A stretch of DNA of 64,000 bases from Candidatus Woesebacteria bacterium RIFCSPHIGHO2_01_FULL_39_32 (GTDB taxonomy: Bacteria > Patescibacteriota > Microgenomatia > UBA8517), in the NCBI GenBank assembly GCA_001792345.1, contig MGGJ01000001.1:153710-217709 (forward strand), in the 5' to 3' direction. The translations under genes and the position numbers were made by a program. Positions within the stretch are counted from its first letter, which is position 1, and each line of letters starts with the position of its first letter. Below, in pieces: positions 58,716 through 64,000 of the stretch. The notes below the pieces were generated by a model. The model was given only the letters and a program-made list of their open reading frames with translations, was not told where the DNA came from and did not search any database.

Positions 58716-60345
58716 CAAAATTAGCTTTGTTTTTGTTTTTTTATTTGGATTAGGAACAATTTTGCGAGTATGGAACTTGGGAGGGTTGCCTTGGGGGTTT
58801 TTCCGCGATGAAGCAGCGTTGGGATATAACGCCTATTCGATTTGGTTAACCGGAAAGGATGAATTCGGAATTTCATTTCCGCTAGTTTTCAGATCTTTTG
58901 AGGTATTTTTCTTGCCCTTATATGTTTATCTTTCGGCTCCTATTGTCGGAGTTTTTGGCTTAAATGACTTTACTTCAAGATTTCTTTCAAGCGTGTCAGG
59001 AATTGTAGCTTTATATTTCATATATTTAATCGGAAAAAAAATCTGGAACAAAGAAACAGGAATATTTACTCTTTTTGTTTTGGTAATTTCGCCATGGCAT
59101 ATTTTCTATAGTCGTGGTGCTTTTGAAGGAAATTTAGCACTCACACTTTTTACCGCAGGATTTTATTTTTGGATAAGTTTCCTGAAAGAGAAGACAGGTA
59201 ATAATTTTTTTATTTCTACACTTCTGTTTACCTTATCAATGTATTCTTATCAAGCTGAGCGTTTGGTTGTCCCTCTTTTTGCATTAATTTCTGTTTCTTT
59301 GGTTGCTAAAGATTTATGGAGGGTTAAACAAAAACTTATTTTCCCTTCAATTTTAACCCTTTTTCTGCTGATACCACTTTTATTTATTTCATTTAAAGCG
59401 GGTGGATATCACAGAGTATTTGGAGTAAGTGTCTTTAGTAAAGAGGGGGCGCCTCCTGGATGGATTGAAGGAAATAATGCTAGTTTTTTCGTGAACAACA
59501 ACGTATACCTTCGGGGGAAACAAATATTATCTTTGTATGCTTCCTATTTTTCTCCAAGAAACTTGTTTTTTGAAGGCGATTTCGATAAACAGAGATCAGT
59601 AGAAAATTATAGCGTGTTCTACTCGTTCTTTTTACCATTTTTAGTTATTGGTTTATTCTCTCTTACTAAAAAATCAAAGATAGAAGAAAAATTAATCCTA
59701 ACCTGGATGTTTCTAGGACCATTGCCCGCCTCTTTTACAGCCGATCCCTTTCATACTTACAGATCTTTGATGTTTTATATGCCGCTTACAATAATCATCG
59801 GGCGAGGTTTTTATGTGTTTTTCCAGGATGTTAAAAAACTATTTTTCTGGAGGAATTTATTTTTAATAGGATTAGTAAGCGTTTCCGTGCTTAACCTGTT
59901 GTTGTTTTTATATAACTACACGATCCTTACGCAAGTTACCAGGGCATCTTATTGGGATTATGGTTATAGGCAATTAGTCACTTATATCAATTCTTTAGAC
60001 ATTAGGGGGCAAGTAGTAGTCGATGATCCATCAACCGAAGCCTATATTCACTTTTTGTTTTTTGGAAAGGTAGAACCAATCTCTTATCACCAAGAAGTTA
60101 CAAATCTTGGACCTCTCGATTACTACTACACTAATCCAGCCGAAATTCGGCCGAACAAAATCGGCAATATTGAGTTTCGTAAAATCGACTGGCCGAAAGA
60201 AAGGGGCGATTCGGGTAACATTTTTGTTTTTGCAAAGGGTTTGTTGCCGGAAAGTGAGTATGTTACTGATCCGAAAGTTGAGCTTTTGACGAAAATAAAA
60301 TATCCTGATGGAACTGACGCTTTTACAATTTTAAAAATAAAGTGA
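58702..60345 (+). CDS. PMT/ArnT-like (GT39/GT83-type) membrane glycosyltransferase, tandem paralog 2
   Basis: ILRVWNLGGLPWGFFRDEAALGYNAYSIWLTGKDEFGISFPLVF. First-loop D-E acidic motif as in the PMT_2 family. 547 aa. Confidence 0.55.
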   Translation: MTRINKISFVFVFLFGLGTILRVWNLGGLPWGFFRDEAALGYNAYSIWLTGKDEFGISFPLVFRSFEVFFLPLYVYLSAPIVGVFGLNDFTSRFLSSVSGIVALYFIYLIGKKIWNKETGIFTLFVLVISPWHIFYSRGAFEGNLALTLFTAGFYFWISFLKEKTGNNFFISTLLFTLSMYSYQAERLVVPLFALISVSLVAKDLWRVKQKLIFPSILTLFLLIPLLFISFKAGGYHRVFGVSVFSKEGAPPGWIEGNNASFFVNNNVYLRGKQILSLYASYFSPRNLFFEGDFDKQRSVENYSVFYSFFLPFLVIGLFSLTKKSKIEEKLILTWMFLGPLPASFTADPFHTYRSLMFYMPLTIIIGRGFYVFFQDVKKLFFWRNLFLIGLVSVSVLNLLLFLYNYTILTQVTRASYWDYGYRQLVTYINSLDIRGQVVVDDPSTEAYIHFLFFGKVEPISYHQEVTNLGPLDYYYTNPAEIRPNKIGNIEFRKIDWPKERGDSGNIFVFAKGLLPESEYVTDPKVELLTKIKYPDGTDAFTILKIK

Positions 60346-61184
60346 AAATTTGGGCACATAGCTTGGTACGCAATGAAGAGAGATATTTGTGGTTTGCAGT
60401 AACGAGTGTAATCGATTATGTGTACAAAGTTTTATTGTGGGATACGGGAAGCAGTGATAATACGCTTAACATTATTCGTGAGCTTCGAAAGGCTTTTCCC
60501 AACAAGATAGATTTTAAGCAGGTTAGAGAAGTTGATAAGGATAAATTTACTTTGATGCGGCAAAAAATGTTAGATCAAACGAAATCGGATTGGGTGATTC
60601 TAGTTGATGGGGACGAGGTATGGTGGGATGATTCGATCAAAAAAATAGTTGAAACCATCCACTCAAAAGGGAATTCCCTTGAAACACTTGTCCATGGTTA
60701 CTATAACGTCATCGGCGACATTTATCATTACCAGGAGGAGAAAGCGGGAAGATATACAATTGATGGCCATGTGGGTCACCTAACAATTCGCGCAATTAAT
60801 CAAAAAATTCCCGGACTCCACTTCGGAAAACCCCACGGCCAACAGGGCATTTTCGATTCAAAGGAAAGATTAATTCAAGACCGTGACAAGAAGAAAAGAT
60901 TTTTTATAGATGAAAAGCTTTATTTACACTTTACCCACATGATTCGCTCCTCATCGTTAAAAGACGATTTAAAGGTAATGAAAAGGGATATTAAAGCAAA
61001 ACACGAATTAGGCACACCATTTCCTTTGGATTTTTACTATCCGGAAGTTTTTTTCAAACCAAGACCCGATATTGTTCATCTTCCCTGGAGCAAAATGGGT
61101 TCAAGATATTTTCTAAGAGCATTTTTTGAGACACCGCTTCGTAAATTTAAAAGGAGAGTGTTTAAAGGTAAAAGTGGATATTAA
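60342..61184 (+). CDS. GT2-like nucleotide-diphospho-sugar transferase (putative)
   Basis: LWDTGSSDNTLNII (resembles the DxGSxDxT block of GT2) and DGDE (DxD). Confidence 0.4.
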   Translation: MKIWAHSLVRNEERYLWFAVTSVIDYVYKVLLWDTGSSDNTLNIIRELRKAFPNKIDFKQVREVDKDKFTLMRQKMLDQTKSDWVILVDGDEVWWDDSIKKIVETIHSKGNSLETLVHGYYNVIGDIYHYQEEKAGRYTIDGHVGHLTIRAINQKIPGLHFGKPHGQQGIFDSKERLIQDRDKKKRFFIDEKLYLHFTHMIRSSSLKDDLKVMKRDIKAKHELGTPFPLDFYYPEVFFKPRPDIVHLPWSKMGSRYFLRAFFETPLRKFKRRVFKGKSGY

Positions 61185-61186
61185 TT

Positions 61187-63076
61187 CTAATCGAAGAAAT
61201 TTTTAAACCAAAGCTCAAGTGTAAGAAGAGACCAAAGTTTTGGACCAAAATCTGTTTTTTCAGTATGGCTTTTTAGCATTCTTTTGATTTCCTTCTGGTT
61301 AAATAAGTTTCTGGTCTTGGCATTTTTGTCCAATAAAACAGATTCGGAATATTTATTAAGCTTGCCTGTAAACCACTTATCAAGTGGAATGCTAAAACCA
61401 ACTTTCTTTCTGTACAGATTATCGTAGGGGACAAGATCCTCTAAAGCTTTTTTGAGAATATATTTATTAACTTTGAAATTTCGGACCTTTAAGTCAAAAG
61501 GAATCTGGCATGCAAGTTCAACTACCTTGTGGTCTATGAAAGGAGAACGCGCTTCCAATCCGACACTCATGGATGCGATATCTACTTTGACCAATAAGTC
61601 TTCGGGGAGATATTTAGTTAAGTCCCAGTACAAAGCTTCGTCTCTCGGGTCGATGTAGCCTGAATCTTTAAAGACATTTCTGACAATTTCATAGGAACTT
61701 TGTCCGCCGGCATTGTCAGTAAAATAGCTAAGAGCAAGTTTTTGCTTGTCGGTTTCGCTGAAATACTCTACGTAAGAGGCAAAGCGATCAGCCAAAGGAA
61801 GCATGGATTTTTGTAAAAATTTCCCCGATCGAAGCCAAAATTTACTTGCTATGTGTGTTCCCGAAAGAAGTGACGAAAGTGGGATTCCGACAGGTCTGAT
61901 AATTTTTTCGATGTGATCAAGAAAAACATCCCTTGCTATTCGCCTATATCTGTCATAGCCGGCAAAAAGCTCGTCTCCTCCGTCGCCATTTAATGCAACT
62001 GTAACCTCGGATCTGGCGAGCTTGCTAACCATGTAAGTTACAACAGAACTTGCGTCAGCATAGGGTTCTTCATACTGATATACAAGTTCTGGGAGAATTT
62101 CGATATTTTCCGGTTCAACAAAAATTTCCGAATGGTCAGTATTATACATTTTTGAAATCCTTTGTGCATATTCTGATTCGTCGTAAACTTTATCTTTAAA
62201 TCCGATGGTAAAGGTTCGAACGGGTTTTTTAGAATATCTGGCCATTAATGCTACTACGGCACTTGAATCAACCCCTCCGGATAAAAATGCACCCAGTGGA
62301 ACATCAGAGATGAGCCTTAACTTAGTAGCTTCGGCTAATTCATTTACTATCATATCTTTCCACTCATTTTCTGATAAATACAATTTTTTGGAAAAGTCGG
62401 GTTCCCAGTATTGCCTTTTTACGAGGTTTCTTTTTTTCAGATCCAATATAAGATAATGTCCCGGTTCCAGTTTATTTATTCCCACAAAACCAGTTCGAGG
62501 CGGGTGAATATACCCGAATGTTAGATAATGGTATATTGCTTCATAATCAGGAGTCCTTTTTACTTCTTTTTGTGTAATAATAGCTTTTAGCTCAGAGGCA
62601 AAAATAAATGTATTGCCGTCAATAAAATATTTGAGAGGCTTTTTGCCGATTCTATCTCTAGCCAGAAAAAGCGAATTTTGTTTTTCATCGTAAATTGCAA
62701 AAGCGAACATGCCCCGAAGGTGATTTAAACATTTGACTCCGAATTTAGCATATAGAGCCAATATAACCTCAGTATCTGTATTAGATTTGAACTTAACCCC
62801 CTCTCTTTGCAGTCTTTTCTTTAAACTTTGAAAATTATAAATTTCACCGTTGAAAGTGATCCAATATCGATTGTTAAATTGCATGGGTTGATGCCCCTTA
62901 GCAGATAAGTCAATAATTGCTAATCGTCTGTTTACTAAGCCAACCTTTTTGTTTTGGGAGATATATATGCCTTGGTCATCCGGTCCTCTGTGGACAATTT
63001 TTTTAGCCATAGCTAACAACTCTTTTTCCTGGAGAATCAGACTATTAAAGTAAATTTTACCTGCAATTCCACACAT
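61187..63076 (-). CDS. asnB: asparagine synthase (glutamine-hydrolysing)
   Basis: N-terminal MCGIAG (class-II GATase Cys2). SGGVDSS PP-loop. 629 aa. Confidence 0.85.
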   Translation of the reverse strand: MCGIAGKIYFNSLILQEKELLAMAKKIVHRGPDDQGIYISQNKKVGLVNRRLAIIDLSAKGHQPMQFNNRYWITFNGEIYNFQSLKKRLQREGVKFKSNTDTEVILALYAKFGVKCLNHLRGMFAFAIYDEKQNSLFLARDRIGKKPLKYFIDGNTFIFASELKAIITQKEVKRTPDYEAIYHYLTFGYIHPPRTGFVGINKLEPGHYLILDLKKRNLVKRQYWEPDFSKKLYLSENEWKDMIVNELAEATKLRLISDVPLGAFLSGGVDSSAVVALMARYSKKPVRTFTIGFKDKVYDESEYAQRISKMYNTDHSEIFVEPENIEILPELVYQYEEPYADASSVVTYMVSKLARSEVTVALNGDGGDELFAGYDRYRRIARDVFLDHIEKIIRPVGIPLSSLLSGTHIASKFWLRSGKFLQKSMLPLADRFASYVEYFSETDKQKLALSYFTDNAGGQSSYEIVRNVFKDSGYIDPRDEALYWDLTKYLPEDLLVKVDIASMSVGLEARSPFIDHKVVELACQIPFDLKVRNFKVNKYILKKALEDLVPYDNLYRKKVGFSIPLDKWFTGKLNKYSESVLLDKNAKTRNLFNQKEIKRMLKSHTEKTDFGPKLWSLLTLELWFKNFFD

Positions 63077-63235
63077 AACCTTTGCGATTACCTAGCCAGA
63101 GGTCCTGTGAGGTAAGTCCTTCAGGGCATAAACTGGGGGGAGGAGTACGAAAAGTATTGCCTCGAATACCTCTCGAATTAATGATCTAACTAAAAACCTA
63201 TTCAGTCAATTGGTAAAAAGCTATAATTCAAAGAT
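63077..63235. promoter_or_regulatory. divergent intergenic region (asnB leader on the - strand; promoter of the + strand MTase)
   Basis: 159-nt non-coding gap. It is more GC-rich than its surroundings (ctggggggaggagtacg...). A tataat-like box lies at 63220..63225, ~10 nt before the + strand start codon. Confidence 0.3.
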
Positions 63236-63916
63236 ATGGATAAAGTCGGGGAATATACGTTACAAATAATGAAATTGGCGGGTTGGTATAACAACTGGCT
63301 GTTTTCTCTTGTTAAGCCTTACTTAAAGGGTAAGATACTGGAAGTTGGCACAGGCATCGGAAACTTCACTTACCTACTGGCCAAAGAGGGAGAGGTTACT
63401 TCTATTGATATAGATAAAGTTTATATCAATAAGTTAAAAAAAAGCGTATCAATTAAGGTCGGTTATGGCGATATTGAAAAAGGAACATACTTTTTTTCGA
63501 AGAAGAAATTTGATTGTATTGTTTGTATGAATGTCTTGGAACATATAAAAAATGATTCTGTTGCACTTGAAAACATGCTTAGTCTTCTAAAACCCAAAGG
63601 AAGATTAATTCTTCTCATTCCGGCCCATAAGTTTGCATATGGGAGATTGGATAAAAATTTAGGCCATTATAGAAGATATTCCAAAGGGGAAATTGTATTA
63701 AAGTTGGTTGGTTCGGGTTTCAAAGTAAAAAAATTAAATTTTTTAAACTTTTTCGGCATAGTTGGATGGTTTTTGAATTCAAGGTTATTAAAACGAGATG
63801 TGTTGCCAAGTAGTCAACTAAGAATTTTTGATTTAATTTCAAGGCCGTTTCTTTTTGTCGAAAAATTTATAGAACCTCGGATGGGATTATCAATCCTTGT
63901 CGTGGCGGAAAAATGA
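63236..63916 (+). CDS. class-I SAM-dependent methyltransferase
   Basis: ILEVGTGIGNFTYLL; LKPKGRLILLIP. Confidence 0.65.
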   Translation: MDKVGEYTLQIMKLAGWYNNWLFSLVKPYLKGKILEVGTGIGNFTYLLAKEGEVTSIDIDKVYINKLKKSVSIKVGYGDIEKGTYFFSKKKFDCIVCMNVLEHIKNDSVALENMLSLLKPKGRLILLIPAHKFAYGRLDKNLGHYRRYSKGEIVLKLVGSGFKVKKLNFLNFFGIVGWFLNSRLLKRDVLPSSQLRIFDLISRPFLFVEKFIEPRMGLSILVVAEK

Positions 63917-64000
63917 AATTATCAATTATTATTCCAGTTTTTAACGAGGAAAAAACAATCTTTGAAATTATAAAAAAGGTAAAAAAAGTTGAACTTCCGG
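63913..64000 (+). CDS. GT2 (Dpm1-like) glycosyltransferase, 3'-truncated at window edge
   Basis: MKLSIIIPVFNEEKTI is the canonical GT2 N-terminus. The gene continues beyond the window. Confidence 0.55.
   Translation, partial: MKLSIIIPVFNEEKTIFEIIKKVKKVELP

Noticed and set aside
1-64000. Searched for CRISPR arrays, rRNA and tRNA genes
   Set aside because: No regularly spaced direct repeats and no long non-coding stretches. The largest gaps are ~160 nt, at 1319..1479 and 63077..63235, and neither shows a cloverleaf-compatible acceptor/T-arm arrangement.

Overview
AT-rich, very gene-dense bacterial window (GC roughly mid-30s% by eye). Many genes are translationally coupled or overlapping (ATGA-type stop/start overlaps). 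The architecture resembles a small-genome uncultivated bacterium, possibly CPR/Patescibacteria-like; that placement is inference only. Layout: (i) 1-1.4 kb holds a 5'-truncated unknown ORF, a convergent IS200/RAYT-like Y1 transposase, and a perfect 22-bp GGCC-rich palindrome. (ii) 1.5-8.7 kb is a plus-strand run of small metabolic and redox enzymes: an unusual VKOR-DHODH fusion, a PNPOx-like protein, an SDR, a nitroreductase, a TadA-like deaminase, a duplicated-domain unknown, an orphan 307-aa ORF, a YdeN-like hydrolase, a Nudix hydrolase, a DedA-like membrane protein and a cupin-like protein. (iii) From ~8.8 kb to the window end lies a >55 kb glycan/glycoconjugate biosynthesis super-locus. 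It holds about 18 glycosyltransferases, two Wzx-like flippases, four extended-SDR nucleotide-sugar enzymes plus a short UGDH-like dehydrogenase, a fused sugar-kinase/nucleotidyltransferase, a second nucleotidyltransferase, a HAD-like protein, two carbamoyltransferases, eight stand-alone or fused class-I SAM methyltransferases, and asnB. The glycosyltransferases comprise GT2 and GT4 enzymes, two tandem PMT/GT39-like proteins, one RGP/GT75-like protein and three giant paralogous GT-C-like membrane proteins. The nucleotide-sugar enzymes include a clear GDP-mannose 3,5-epimerase homolog. The carbamoyltransferases are one NodU/CmcH-like and one divergent OTCase-like. No rRNA, tRNA or CRISPR array was recognised. 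The main hunt result is this unusually elaborate glycosylation system, predicted to be methylated and carbamoylated, with plant-like nucleotide-sugar enzymes (GME, RGP/UDP-arabinopyranose mutase-like).
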